Positions 24,050 through 37,636 of a stretch of DNA of 64,000 bases are shown here, piece after piece. The notes beneath the pieces were generated by a model, which saw only the letters and a program-made list of their open reading frames with translations, was not told the origin of the DNA and made no database searches. The stretch spans positions 44,033 through 108,032 of the forward strand of contig NMRA01000013.1 in assembly GCA_002633005.1 (NCBI GenBank), written 5' to 3'. The translations under genes and the position numbers were made by a program. Each line of letters starts with the position of its first letter. Within the stretch, counting starts at the first letter, position 1. Source of the DNA: Phoronis australis. Its lineage: Eukaryota > Animalia > Phoronida.

Positions 24050-25508
24050 GTAAGTTGACCAACAGTAAGGAAAGTGTTTGACATAAGATTTTGAAAATTT
24101 TAACTTTCAGAAAAACCTAACTAGTTAGTTGCCGGTATAAAATTGGTCTCGTGTTGTTCCTTAGGCTACTCAAAGATTAGTGACAACGGTCTTCCAAAAA
24201 ACTAGTGGTACTTCGTTATTGCTCGAGACCATGCTTTGCAAATAAAATGACACGCCAGAACTAGTCAGCTTGGTTTTAAGCGAAAACGAGTTGTCACTTC
24301 TTTTCAAGCCCAGAAATCACATCTAATATGAAACAAATTTCAAAGCGATAACTGATCTCAGTCAAAATCGAAATTAGCCGGTCGCAAGCTGGTCGCTAAG
24401 AGATCGGTAGATTGGCGCATCCACTGTTCACTTTGTTTTTCTTTGTTATGATAAAGATAATGGCAAGCACTCATCTGTAACCGGCTGATATGCGCCCAAG
24501 GTACGATATCCATGCGACCTGTATTGTTATATCTAACAAAAGAAAACAATGGTAGTGTCCCGTAGGCGATAACCAATGTCGCAAGTTAAACAATACCTTG
24601 CGACCTCCATACGACGTCATTTGGCATGCGACGGAAGGCGTATTTATATCCCTTATAAGGTTTATCTGAATATGTGAAATCCAAAGAGCGCCTTTCCCTG
24701 TCCAGTGGCACTTATATCCATGACAGGCCCCGGGCAACACTGAACCCACCTGAACCGGCACCCACAACAGATACTTGAAAGTAATTGGAAGTTTCTCCAG
24801 GCGTATGGTCATCTGAACGTGAAATTTAAAACATGCTTTTATTAACGATAGGTACTTTTCCTCATACCGTTCTATGTATATATTAGATCTGCACAACAAG
24901 CGTCCAAGAGCATAGTGAACCATCTTCACACTTTTGTTCAAAACCAATATTTGTGGGATCAAGATCGTGGACAGAAATTATTAGCTTGATCGACATGTCG
25001 GAAGAGTCCATTGCACATGGTTAATCATTGTAGCGAATGGATTTCATTGACTTGAATGTATCGTCAACCCTAACTATTCCAGTTTGAAATTTGCTATTTT
25101 GAATTGACCTAACTAGTGGTGTGTGGAACTTTAAAAACGGAGGGTGGTAATTAGCTAGTGTCATTCAATGAAGAAAGCTGGTGCTGTTGATTTGTGCACC
25201 GTTCTTTTACATCGCTGCCCTTCACCCTTGACGTATACGGACCCAGAGCAGTAGCCACCTTGTATGCACCAATGTTGCTGCCAAGACCTTCATGCTTCAT
25301 TTTGGTCAATTCAGGATCAAGTTGCATGTTCAACGATATGATAAATGTTGGCAAAATCCAAGATTGTTGAGATATACTTCAGTACTATATGATTTGCTCA
25401 GTGTTCTTGTTAAGTCGGAGAAGAACATGTCCACAACTTCCGTGTATGCCCTGTAAACTTCTCTGGCCGGTAGACCTTGATGCACACTAAGAGTACTACG
25501 TAAAAGTC

Positions 25509-25570
<62 letters not shown>
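25509..25570. repeat. (TA)n microsatellite
   Basis: Directly visible. Confidence 0.95.
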
Positions 25571-25573
<3 letters not shown>

Positions 25574-25640
25574 GTTTATATGCAGATGTGGGGTTATTAT
25601 TTGAAACCTTGCAGCGGGGTAAAATTTTGAGACCTTGTTC

Positions 25641-25860
25641 CGGGGTATATATAAAATATATAGCCCACAATTATATATGCCCCATTGGGTATATGCCCCG
25701 GAGCAATATATATCCCGCAATAATATATACCTCGCTAGGTATATGCCCCAGTACAATATATAGCCCGCAAGTATATATGTCCCGTTAGGTGTATACGATA
25801 TATAGCCCACAACTTTATATGTCCCATTAGATATATGCCCCACTACATTATATATCCCGG
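25641..25860. repeat. Array of degenerate TATAT(A/G)-CCC motifs, probably the subterminal repeats of a DNA transposon end
   Basis: About a dozen motifs spaced ~17-19 bp apart after CGGGG; no partner end found. Confidence 0.5.
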
Positions 25861-26916
25861 TTTTCCACTGTTCTACAATCCACCCAATATACGATCCCAG
25901 TAACTACATGTATATATGTGTCACATTCGGTTAAATTCTTAATGTGCCAAAATTCACTCCTCCAAAGACCACTTTAATAACCTGTATGCGTCCACAACAG
26001 ATTTTACCACTTTCGAACTTAGAAATGTATGATGCTTTTATCTGTTTATTATTCGGAAACGTGAGCAGATGACACTACATGTATCTGTGTCAGGCTCTAC
26101 GGTGTAAGTTGATACCTTTGATAAAAAAACACTTCTAGTCTACAAATACCTTGGCACCATTTTGAATGACATTCTTGCTTAATTCGCCAACAAAAGTCTC
26201 ACAGATGAACATTTAATCATTTAATGATCTTGCACATAGTGAACTATGAATACCATAATTATCTTTAAAATCAAGTAATGGGCACCAAATATAAAGGATA
26301 CATATACATCCATAGGAACAATGCTTGTGATATGCATGTACAAACAGTTTCATCCTGCGCATCTGAGCAGACTTCCAGTCACCACAATTTTAGAATCCGA
26401 CCATCTTAGTAACAAATACCACTAAAAATGTAATTAGAGAAAATTTGACATTTTAAGATTAAATGTTGTTTGCTTTCTTCATACAAAATCTCTTATACAT
26501 AGTGACTACAGTTCTCAATAACTCAAAGCAGTTATTTTTGAAGATGTTTAAACTGCAAAAACTGCAATGCCATTTGCCGGTATTGTCTAATTAACAAAAC
26601 TCAGGTTCTGAAAGGCTGTGGTTGAAGTGATGGTGGTGATGATGAAGACCCTAAGGAACGAAGGTGGCACTATATAGCTTAAGACACAAAAACATAATTG
26701 AAATATTCATTGTCACTACCATTATCAAGGGCAGATCCTGGTAACTTCGCTACGCCATTATCAAATGTCCTGCTATCAAAATTTTGAGCATCACAAACAG
26801 AGCCCATTGACTCTTTTCCCACCTCCATGGAGACTGTCGTATTGTCATCATCACTATCAGCATCATGGCATAGTTTGGAAATTTTTCCTTTATCTTAAAC
26901 ATTTCCAGACTTCATA

Positions 26917-28248
26917 CTCTTGTTGACATTAATTCAGTGCATCGCCTGAAAGTACAATTGAAGTTTTTAAACATACATGTTGCTATGATAAACGTTTGAA
27001 GACTGGGCAGGATGTTCTTTTCCATAATAAATTCATTGTGAAAGCTCTCATAAAACAGCTTTTGTTACAGTGTCTAAGACTTAATTTTAGGGAATTACAG
27101 GCATTTTTTGTATATTTTATTAAACTTAGGCCTGACAGGTATCTACTTAGTTTCATTTTTTACACTTTTCACAATTAACTTAGAATAGAACTGTTATAAT
27201 TTGGCAAGTGTCCTTGCACACATTGCAAAAACTATCATTCCTGTGAGGTATATATTTAATTATGGAATCTTTAGTTTTACTTTACGCGTACGTCTTGCTC
27301 ATATGGTGAATATCTTTCACCAGTGGAGCATGTATTTAGCTATGAGGTTTGCACATTAGAGCAACTATTTTTGTTGTCGCACTAAGGATTGGAGGTAACA
27401 CTGGAGCTTCAGACCATAGACGTGGATCCTACACTCTTACTAAAATACACTATTTTACACAAACAATAATATAACATTAACAATTATAATAATAACAATA
27501 CTTTTGTGATTTCTTTGTAGTTCAAATCTGTTAGGGGGGGCCTTGAGCATCCCTGCAGGTCGATAGTCCAAAGGGGTGTTANCTCTTGTTGACATTAATT
27601 CAGTGCATCGCCTGAAAGTACAATTGAAGTTTTTAAACATACATGTTGCTATGATAAAATTTTGAAGACTGGGCAGGATGTTCTTTTCCATAATAAATGC
27701 ATTGTGAAAGCTCTCATAAAACAGCTTTTGTTACAGTGTCTAAGACTTAATTTTAGGGAATTACAGGCATTTTTTGTATCTTTTATTAAACTTAGGCCTG
27801 ACAGGTATCTACTTAGTTTCATTTTTTTACACTTTTCACAATTAACTTAGAATAGAACTGTTATAATTTGGCAAGTGTCCTTGCACACATTGCAAAAACT
27901 ATCATTCCTGTGAGGTATATATTTAATTATGGAATCTTTAGTTTTACTTTACGCGTACGTCTTGTTCATATGGTGAATATCTTTCACCAGTGGAGCATGT
28001 ATTTAGCTATGAGGTTTGCACATTAGAGCAACTATTTTTGTTGTCGCACTAAGGATTGGAGGTAACACTGGAGCTTCAGACCATAGACGTGGATCCTACA
28101 TTCTTACTAAAATACACTATTTTACACAAACAATAATATAACATTAACAATTATAACAATAACAATACTTGTGTGATTTCTTTGTAGTTCAAATCTGTTA
28201 GGGGGGGCCTTGAGCATCCCTGCAGGTCGATAGTCCAAAGGGGTGTTA
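26917..28248. repeat. ~665-bp near-identical tandem duplication across a single N (probable assembly overlap)
   Basis: 26917-27581 is repeated at 27583-28248, with N at 27582 and few differences. Confidence 0.85.
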
Positions 28249-29605
28249 GTCGGAAAGACGTTTTAGGAGCAGTGGCTTTTTATAGGTTTTTGGTCTGAAG
28301 ACCAAAGGACCTTTATTCTAAAGAGTGTTAACCTGAAAAATCGTGCTTTGTTTGTTTCTGAAAATTTGGCTTCACTTAAAAGGAAATTAAACCATGTTTT
28401 AATGATTTCAACCAATCCTGCTTTTGTCATCTGCTCATGCGTCATTGGCATCAATCTTGAAAGAGCTGGAATTACTAAAAACTTGCACCCCTATCTCGCC
28501 TTTTGGTCCTTGGTGGGTGGTCTTTTCACACAGTTGCCATTAATTGACTTTCAAGTTTCAAAATTTTCCGAACTTTTCATAGTTGTCGAGAGTTACAGGC
28601 CATTATTTTGTTCCTGGATAGTAAATATGTTTTTGTGGTGATAAGTCAAAACCGAGTCTGCCTTCCTTTTGATTTTCTGAAGTGTCTTTGGTCGGAAGGG
28701 CCATTGGTCTGATTGGTCCACTAAGCATTACATCTTGGAATAAACCTGATTAGCAAGGATGAACGAGTGCCAGGTAACCATATTGCCATGACCATGATTG
28801 GTGGGTGGCAGGGCTAGGATGACAAGAACAAAATGACGAAAGAGGCGTGAATCTTCAAAACAAAGTCGTTATCATTTGCATGCTTAAATGTACTAAAACA
28901 GCAGTCTTCTATAAGATTTGTTGTAATGTCATCACCCACATCACTTTCAGACTGACAGTCTTTCGAACTAAAGCTCCTTTGCACTAGAGACTATCAAAGG
29001 TCCTTCGGAATACAGGATCGACCAACCCCATCTCAGCACATTTCGTATAGACGTCACGAAACAATAAAGAAACAATAGCTGAAAAGGTATTACCATATGT
29101 TTGACATCATCAAGAAATAAATTTTGAATTTACAAATATATTGTGTGGTGAAATTTGAAAAACAAGTAATTTTAATTACATGACATACCTTTCAGACGAT
29201 CTATCAGAAAATTCTTGATTATTTTAGCAGAACTGAACACCTTGTGACGAAAATGGCATCAATCACTTTTTCATCTGAAACAAATTATAAATGCAGTGAT
29301 CTATGTTGCACCTTTACATTTGCATTCATTTGTTTGGCCTATTTAAAGCTGCCTTCTAAATTTCCAATAATATGAGTTTGAAAGTTTTTAAGTTGTTCTG
29401 CAACATTAAATGGTTCACCTAGTTAAAAATAAATATGTTGGGAAAAAAACTGTTGCAAATAATGAAATGTGCAATGTTTTACAATGCTAGTTGATGTATG
29501 TCTGAAAAAGAGGCTCTATGCTGATGGAATAAGGATCAAAATGACTCTATAGTTACCTTATGAAAGTATTAAATCAAAGTAGCCATTAATTATGACCTCG
29601 CACTC

Positions 29606-29913
29606 ACGAGTTTAAAGGCATAAAATAGCGGAAACATTGCAGAAATGTGTAGAATCTGCGAAAATATATATGAATATTTCCCATAATACTTCATTTATGT
29701 GAAACTGACACCCCCTTCTTAACTCACCCATGTGAAGTTGCATGTTTCCCTACTCTGANCACGAGTTTAAAGACATAAAATAGCGGAAACATTGCAGAAA
29801 TGTGTAGAATCTGCGAAAATGTATATGAATATTTCCCATAATACTTCATTTAAGTGAAACTGACACCCCCTTCTTAACTCACCCATGTGAAGTTGCATGT
29901 TTCGCTACTCTGA
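29606..29913. repeat. ~153-bp tandem duplication across a single N (probable assembly overlap)
   Basis: 29606-29758 is repeated from 29760, with N at 29759. Confidence 0.85.
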
Positions 29914-30358
29914 AAAAACCAGCACCAAATTCTACCTTCATCTGTGTCATCGTCACTTGAACTGAAAGGAGTGACAACATTCTCATCTGAAAAAAATCAG
30001 AACTGTTAATTGAAACGAAATGCTGTCTATAGTCCAAAGGGTCTTTAGTCCGAAAACAATAGAATCTATAGCCCGAAGAGTCAATAGTCGGGGAATAGAA
30101 AATTTTTTATAGTTTTTTTACATTATTCCGTAATCTACAGAGTTAAATGTCTTCATGATTTCAGTTAATTTTACACCATTTTCTCGATCTTTCAAAATTC
30201 CATAGAGCTCAGTAAAGTAGGCAAAGCTCTCTTTCGTAAAATTGCGGTTATTCCACGAAAAACAACCTGAACAAGATACGAACATTTAGTTTGATGTTGC
30301 AAAATATTTTAGGTATATACCGAGTTGGTAACGACAGATAAAATTCCCCTTAATTTTA

Positions 30359-31098
30359 CAGTGCTGCAGTGATAAAAAATATGTAAATAGGCACCCAAAA
30401 TCCTTGGTGTCGCTTTGAGCGCTGAATTTTAAAAGTGCATTGAACTCACAAAACCTGACTCACAAACATGTAGGCATATATTTTGACTCATGAGTAGGTA
30501 TTTACATAGAGTCTGCAGTGGCAGATCTTGGATGTCGGAGAAAAAGGGTCAAACAGCACATTTTCGAAGGCAAAGGTCTGCGTGCAATCCAAGTGGTCTC
30601 TGAAGGGGGCCCAAGCATAATTACAAAGGAAAATAGGAGCGTAACGCACAGAAACGATGTGCTGGCAGCGACTTTCAGTCGCTAGTGGGGTGTATCCTCA
30701 GGGCCCTTAGCAACTCCCCCCCCCCTTTATTGACCTATGGACGTGACACCATAACTATTTCTTTATCTTGAAATATTAATAAAAATCCCATTATTCGGCG
30801 AGCATACATGTATGCCTGGTGGTTGCGCGCACCCAAATAATGATGCTGTCATTGGCGTAGCGCATTGATGGCGTAAGTTATCGTATTGAGACTACGCCCC
30901 ACTATACCATCACTTACGGCTCGTAGACGCTACATGTACTTTAACTTAAAAAGGTGGTTGCCATGATAAAATGTAAAAAGGTGGTTGGTTGCAACTACGC
31001 CCCATGTATACCATAACTCCCGTTGGGTAGGCGCTATGTTGATTAGCAAAAAGGTAGTTGGTTGCGCCTACATGCATCTACGCCCCATTACAGCACTG
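30359..31098. mobile_element. MITE with CAGTGCTG termini, with a nested decayed CAGTGGC-type MITE at ~30516-30739
   Basis: CAGTGCTGCAGTG...CATTACAGCACTG; repeated CTACGCCCCA motifs near the right end. Confidence 0.55.
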
Positions 31099-32029
31099 TC
31101 AGACAACTGACCAATGTACCCTTTGGACCACTCCTTCCCTTGTTGAGTCATTTAAGCAGACATCATAGTTACTAAGAGAATTCAAAGATAATTTTAAGTA
31201 TTTTTTCACACGGTCTGGTCTGGTGTATGTGCCCTACTTTTAATGACAACAGAAAATATGTTTAGTGAATACACATTCTAGGCACTTGGTTAGTAAAGAT
31301 TTGAGAACCTATATATTTCTGCAACTTAGAGACAAAATAACTTCAGTTATTTTACCCTGGACTTTCCCATTTCAAGTTTGAGATTTGGTTTTCAGTCACT
31401 GATTTCCAAGGGCTCATTTAAGAGTTAAAAAAGATCTAAGGTTGATACTAGATCACTCACATTGAATCAATGTCAAAACATGTATGAATCACTGTTTCTT
31501 GCTACATTAAGTAAAAACTCACATTTAAAGAACAGGTAAACAACACAGCACATCGATACCGTTGGTCACTAATTTTCCAGGCTTGTTTGAAGTGTAACAT
31601 ATTTTCCAAGGAAAAGTGTTTGGTTGACAATTAGGACTGAACCGGACCAAACTGCGAAAGTTTTATGAAAGCTTTTACTCAATTGCCTCACGATATGTTT
31701 TAGTGTAAATGCTAGTATGTACGTTTGCTTTTCCAGTATTTACTTCTTGTTAGAATTTGTAATATGTACAGTTATTGCTTATTTATTTGATCGAGGGGTT
31801 CCATCTTAGAGGGACTTTTATAGTAATCCAGTCCACAAAATGTACGCTTTTCTTGGGAAAATCGGTACTGAAAGGACATCCATTTGTAAGGAATTCTCTC
31901 AGAAAAGGCACCATTTCGCAGTGAATCTGAAAAATCTTACGAAGTGCAATTTTTCTCAGAGATATAAAGCATAGAAATCTATTACTCTCGGGAGTTTTTA
32001 AAGTAAAAGGAATTATTCAGCTCATAATA

Positions 32030-34975
32030 ACCTCCGGCGGCTTGGCTGAGGCCCGCCTAAGTGCTACGCCCGGGCCTGCCTGCGCCGCCTCCGGCGGCTG
32101 GCTGAGGCCCGCCTAAGTGCTACGCCCGGGCCTGCCTGCGCCGCCTCCGGCGGCTTGGCTGGGGCCTGACTAAGTGCTACGTCGGGCGTGCCTTCGGCGG
32201 CTTGACTGGGGTCCGCCTAAGTGCTACGTCGGGCGTGCCTGCGTAGCTTTCGGCGGCTTGACTGGGGCCCGCCTAAGTGCTACGTCGGGCGTGCCTGCGC
32301 CGCCTTCGGCGGCTTGGCTGGGGCCCGCCTGAGTGCTACGTCGGGCGTGCCAGCGCCGCCTTTGGCGGCTTGGCTGGGGGCCGCCTAAGTGCTACGTCAG
32401 CGTTCCTGCGTCGCCTTCGGCGGCTCGGCTGCGGCCCGCCTAAGTGCTACGTCGGGCGTGCCTGCACAGCCTTCGGCGGCTCACCTTGGGCACGCCTAAG
32501 TGCTATGTCGGGCGTGCCTGCACCGCCTTCGGCGGCTTGGCTGGTGCCCGCCTAAGTGCTATGTCGGGCGTGCGTGCGCCGCCTTCGGCGGCTAGGATGG
32601 GGCCCGCCTATGTGCTACGTCGGGCGTCCCTGCGCCGCCTTCGGCGGCTCGGCTGGGGCCCGCCTTAGTGCTACGTCGGGCGTGCCTGCACCGCCTTCGG
32701 CGGCTCGGCTGGGGCACGCCTAAGTGCTACGTTGGGCGTGCCTGCGCCGCCTTTGGCGGCCTGGCTGGGGGCCGCCTAAGTGCTACGTCGGGCGTGTCTG
32801 CGTCGCCTTCGGCGGCTTCGCTGGGGCCCGCCTAAGTGCTACGTCGGGCGTGCCTGCGCCACCTTCGGCGGCTTGGCTTGGGCCCGCCTAAGTGCTACAT
32901 CCGGCGTGCCTGCGCCGCCTTCGGCGGCTTGGCTGGGGCCCGCCTAAGTGCTACGGCGGGCGTGCCTGCGCCGCCTTCGGCGGCTTGGCTGGGGCCCGCC
33001 TAAGTGCTACGTCGGGCGTGCCTGCACAGCCTTCGGCGGCTCACCTGGGGCACGCCTAAGTGCTACGTCGGGCGTGCCTGCGCCGCCTTCGGCGGCTTGG
33101 CTGGTGCCCGCCTAAGTGCTATGTCGGGCGTGCGTGCGCCACCTTCGGCGGCTAGGATGGGGCCCGACTATGTGCTACGTCGGGCGTGCCTGCGCCGCCT
33201 TCGGCGGCCTGGCTGGGGGCCGCCTAAGTGCTACGTCGGGCGTGCCTGCGTCGCCTTCGGCGGCTTGGCTGGGGCCCGCCTAATTGCTACGTCGGGCGTG
33301 CGTGCGCCGCCTTCGGCGACTTGGCTGGGGCCCGCCTAATTGCTACGTCGGGCGTGCCTGCGCCGTCTTCGGCGGATTGGCTGGGGCCCGCCTAAGTGCT
33401 ACGTCGGGCGTGCGTGCGTTGCCTTCGGCGGCTCGGCTGCGGCCCGCCTAAGAGCTACGTCGGGCGTGCCTGCGCCGCCTTGGGCGGCTCGGCTGGGGCC
33501 CGCCTAAGTGCTACGTCGGGCGTGCCTGCACTGCCTTCGGCGGCTCTGCTGGGGCACGCCTAAGTGCTACGTGGGGCGTGCCTGCGCCGCCTTCGGCAGC
33601 TTGGCTGGGGGCCGCCTAAGTGCTACGTCGGGCGTGCCTGCGCCGCCTTCGGCGGCTTGGCTGGGGCCCGCCTAAGTGCTACGTCGGGCGTGCCTGCGCC
33701 GCCTTCGGCGGCTTGGCTTGGGCCCGCCTAAGTGCTACGTCGGGCGTGCCTGCGCCGCCTTCGGCGGCTTGGCTGGGGCCCGCCTAAGCGCTACGGCGGG
33801 CGTGCCTGCGCCGCTTTCGGCGGCTTGACTGGGACCCGCCTAAGTGCTACGTCGGGCGTGCGTGCGCCACCTTCGGCGGCTAGGATGGGGCCCGCCTATG
33901 TGCTACGTCGGGCGTGCCTGCGCCGCCTTCGGCGGCTTGGCTGGGGCCCGCCTAAGTGCTACGTCGGGCGTGCCTGCGCCGCCTTCGGCGGATCGGCTGG
34001 GGCCCCCCTAAGTGCTACGTCGGGCGTGCCTGCGTCGCCTTCGGCGGCTCGGCTGCGTCCCGCCTAAGAGCTACGTCGGGCGTGCCTGCGCCGCCTTCGG
34101 AGGCTCGGCTGGGGCACGCCTAAGTGCTACGTTGGGCGTGCCTGCGCCGCCTTCGGCGGCTTGGCTTGGGCCCGCCTAAGTGCTACGTCGGGCGTGCCTG
34201 CGCCGCCTTCGGCAGCTTGGCTGGGCCCGCCTAAGTGCTACGGCGGGCGTACCTACGCCGCCTTCGGCGGCTTGGCTGGGGCCCGCCTAAGTGCTACGTC
34301 GGGCGTGCCTGAGCCGCCTTCGGCGGCTTGGCTGGGGCCCGCCTAAGTGCTACGTCGGGCGTGCCTGCGCCGCCTTCGGCGGCTTGGCTGGGGCCCGCCT
34401 AAGTGCTACGTCGGGCGTGCCTGCGCCGCCTTTGGCGGCTTGGCTGGGGCTCGCCTAAGTGCTACGTCGGGCGTGCTTGCGACGTCTTCGGCGGCTTGGC
34501 TGGGGCCCGCCTAAGTGCTACGTCAGGCGTTCCTGTGCCGCCTTCTTCGGATTGGCTGGGCCCAGCCTAAGTGCTACGTCGGGCGTGCCTGCGCCGCCTT
34601 CGGCGGCTTGGCTTGGGTCCGCCTATGTGTTACGTCGGGCGTGCCTGCGCCGCTTTCGGCGGCTCGGCTGGGGCCCGCCTGAGTGCTACGTCGGGCGTGC
34701 CTGCGCCGCCTTTGGCGGCTTGGCTGGGGGCCGCCTAAGTGCTACGTCAGCGTGCCTGCGTCGCCTTCGGCGACTCGGCTGCGGCCCGCCTAAGTGCTAC
34801 GTCGGTCGTGCTTGCACAGCCTTCGGCGGCTCGGCTGGGGCACACCTAAGCGCTACGTCGGGCGTGCCTGCGCCGCCTTCGGCGGATTGGCTGGGCCCGC
34901 CTAAGTGCTACGTCGGGCGTGCCTGCGCCACCTTCGGCGGCTTGGCTGGGGCCCGCCTAAGTGCTACGTCGGGCC
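32030..34975. repeat. GC-rich 56-bp tandem satellite, ~52 monomers
   Basis: Consensus GCCTAAGTGCTACGTCGGGCGTGCCTGCGCCGCCTTCGGCGGCTTGGCTGGGGCCC; period confirmed (TAAGTGCT at 32441 and 32497). Confidence 0.97.
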
Positions 34976-35588
34976 GGCTACAACCCTATCTTTTTCAGAG
35001 AACTTGAAGGTTCAAGTTGGCTGGTCACAGCATGGACCCCATCATGTGATGCGCCAAGCATGACAACATACTGTCAGTTATTCGCAATCCCTAAAATTCT
35101 TTCCCAGCTGACTATGGAAGAAGTCGAGATTGGTTTCATAACGACAACTTTTCCGTAAACGAAAAGTTTGATTTTTGACGGAGCGTAGATTTATAGCAGC
35201 TTGATGAGGTCGCGAGCGAGTGTGAGGACCAACGTTGTAGACTATAAAACCAACAGACAAAAACAGCAAGAAAAACTTAATGGATGCTGTGTCTCTTGCG
35301 TTACTTTGATGTGCTGCCGTAAGCAAATTAACGCTTGTAGTTAAAGAACTATTTTTGTCGGAATTAATTCAAACAAATGCTGAAAGATGTCAACTTTCAA
35401 AGGTGGTTGTCGGTACTAGAAAATGCAAATAAATGCGCATTTTACAGAGGAGTTAAATCCGACTTATCTTGTGAAAAATATTGATGTGGGGAGATGACTC
35501 AGCAGCAGATATTTCGCATAGCGACCATTAGATGTTCAGCTCACCCATTAATAATTGAAAATGGTAGAAGTACCGGAACACTGAAAAT

Positions 35589-37636
35589 TGACCTATCGCA
35601 AGCTCCTCCCCTATGCAAAAAGTCACGTGATACCCCACACTCGAACGAGATGTCAGAGGCAAATACACTGTCGCTAAACGGCGTCCCTGGTGGAATCGAT
35701 GAGTGTTTTTGCACTATTTGAAAACGACAAGAGGCGATGCTTTTCAACAGAGAATCGTACGTTAATGATGTGGGAATTTGTAAAGGTGACGATGGAAAAA
35801 TAAGTGCTCGAGGAGCCAGCGAAAATCCGAAGAACACCTCGGCCTTGGGGCCACCTTCACCTGACAAATGACAAGGCCACTGATACGATATGTTCATGTG
35901 AAGCTGGGTATGTACCTTAAAGTCGAATTATCTGTACGATTCCATATATTTTTATGATCTTTCGAATAAAATCAGTGAAGATTCACCGATATTTTTATTC
36001 TTTCGTCTGCTAAATTTCGCCACATGAAAAGTAGGTCACAACTCAGTGGTGGGACTCCTGGAGTAAAGTAGGATAGATTACAGACAACACATGCACTATA
36101 GTCTCTGACTAGGTCGACTCGATAGCACTGCTTACGCTTTTCTAATCTTGTAACGAAATATTTTGATAAAAAAAATCAGGTTCATAGCTCAGGTACACAC
36201 TCATCTCGTCCTAAGCAAACAGTTAGCTCAGGTAGGTCTAGGGCTGTGTCTAAGTCAAATTAATGTCTGGAATTCAGTGGCGGATCTAGAATACCACAGG
36301 GGGCCAACATATGTAACGTCGTGGAATTGTGCGATTGTATGTGCACAGGCGGCCCGAAAGTTGCAGGGGCCAGGGATGTAGACCGTTGGACCTTCTGTTC
36401 AGAAAATCTATCGGTGGACTAAAAAAACAGGAACACGATTCCGCCGCGATCTGGGGTCTGAGCCCCCCTCTTCCGCTACCGGTCCTAGTTACTGAACTCA
36501 ATATTTCCTCCCGCTTCACGCTCTTGCTGTTTTATTTTACTTGCGGCAGCCAAGGGGGGGGGCCCCCCTTAAATCCGCCTATGGAATTGTCTATTTGCAC
36601 CATTGACATTTCAATTAGGCCTACCTTCTTATGAACTTGGCATTTTTTTGTAGTTTCATTCCATAAAGGTAGCTTTCATTTAATTTTGAAGGTAGCATGA
36701 TCACTAAGGTGTGGTATGGTTACAAAAGATTACAAGTTTGGTGTGGTAGTTGCAAAAATAGGGTATTTACAAAAATAACTCAAATTCTTTTTTAAAGCTT
36801 CATAAATCTAAATATCATGTTTGAACAACTTCAAAATGAGCTCTCTCTAACTCTACAGACATAGTGTATACTAGAGGTACACGTCAAAAAGTAATTCAAC
36901 AGTTTATTTTTAGTGACAACAGCTCGACCAAGGCTTTGAGTTCCGGCAGTAATCCAGTGCGCTTCCGTGCCGATAGAATCCCTGAATTTTGACCGGGAGA
37001 GAAGTTCAGTTGAACGCCACCCTAAGGTTTATGAATAATAAAAATGTACCTGTGATACGAAACAAAATAATGTCCATTAGGTTGAAATAAATAAAAAAAC
37101 ATAAATAAAAATGTCCTTGAAAACAACAATTTCCGGGGACTACCGCTAGAGTGCTGAGATCCAGCAGGTGCCGAGACAAAGGTGGCCAGAAGTAGGAAAC
37201 TCAGGAGTCAAAATCTGAGATAGCCCTGCACCACAGCCACCAAGCTGAAAAGTGCGTATCTTGGAACTAATATTTGTGTTTATAGCTTTCGAGTTATCCA
37301 AGCAACATAGCTAAGTTCAGCTGCTCGTGTGGCCGTACAGTTTGATCCATAATTTACGCTTTTCAAAATCATTTTTCGGTTTAGGACATGCCAAAAAATA
37401 ACGGGATATTATTCTGGAGCAGCATAACGGGTGTCGGTGCTACACACGCCATATCAACACCGTTTCCCCATTCTTAGCGGACAATTTCTTGAGCTATAGA
37501 CTAAAGTAAGTTTTACTCGACTACGTGTGGTTTGTCGGGTAAAATGGCGACTTGGAAACGCGGACGAAGGTGTGCCAAGAATGCTGCGTTCTGATTGGTC
37601 AATTAAGCCGTCCGTCATAATACTGGCGATAGGTCA
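35589..37636. mobile_element. Internally deleted ISL2EU-like DNA transposon
   Basis: AT|TGACCTATCGC...GCGATAGGTCA|AT. + strand remnant ending ICSCEAG|gt (SWIM-like, ~35650-35907). - strand remnant MGKRC*YGVCSTDTRY...PKPKNDFEKRKLWIK (THAP-like, ~37330-37472). Confidence 0.7.
36275..36583. mobile_element. MITE with 5-bp TSD (hAT5-like), nested in the ISL2EU-like element
   Basis: CAGTGGCGGAT...ATCCGCCTATG; exact duplication GAATT (36270-36274, 36584-36588). Confidence 0.75.

Noticed and set aside
24471-25354. 163-aa and 67-aa - strand ORFs, possibly an old retroelement
   Set aside because: No diagnostic RT or endonuclease motif that I can support.
32277-35007. Arg/Ala/Gly-rich ORFs, and a CRISPR-like look of the array
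   Set aside because: The 56-bp period cycles through frames and there are no unique spacers or cas genes; it is a satellite.
34998-35158. Candidate fourth SLC38 exon containing EIGF
   Set aside because: Joining to the phase-1 donor at 24049 creates an immediate stop, and no TM segment is present.
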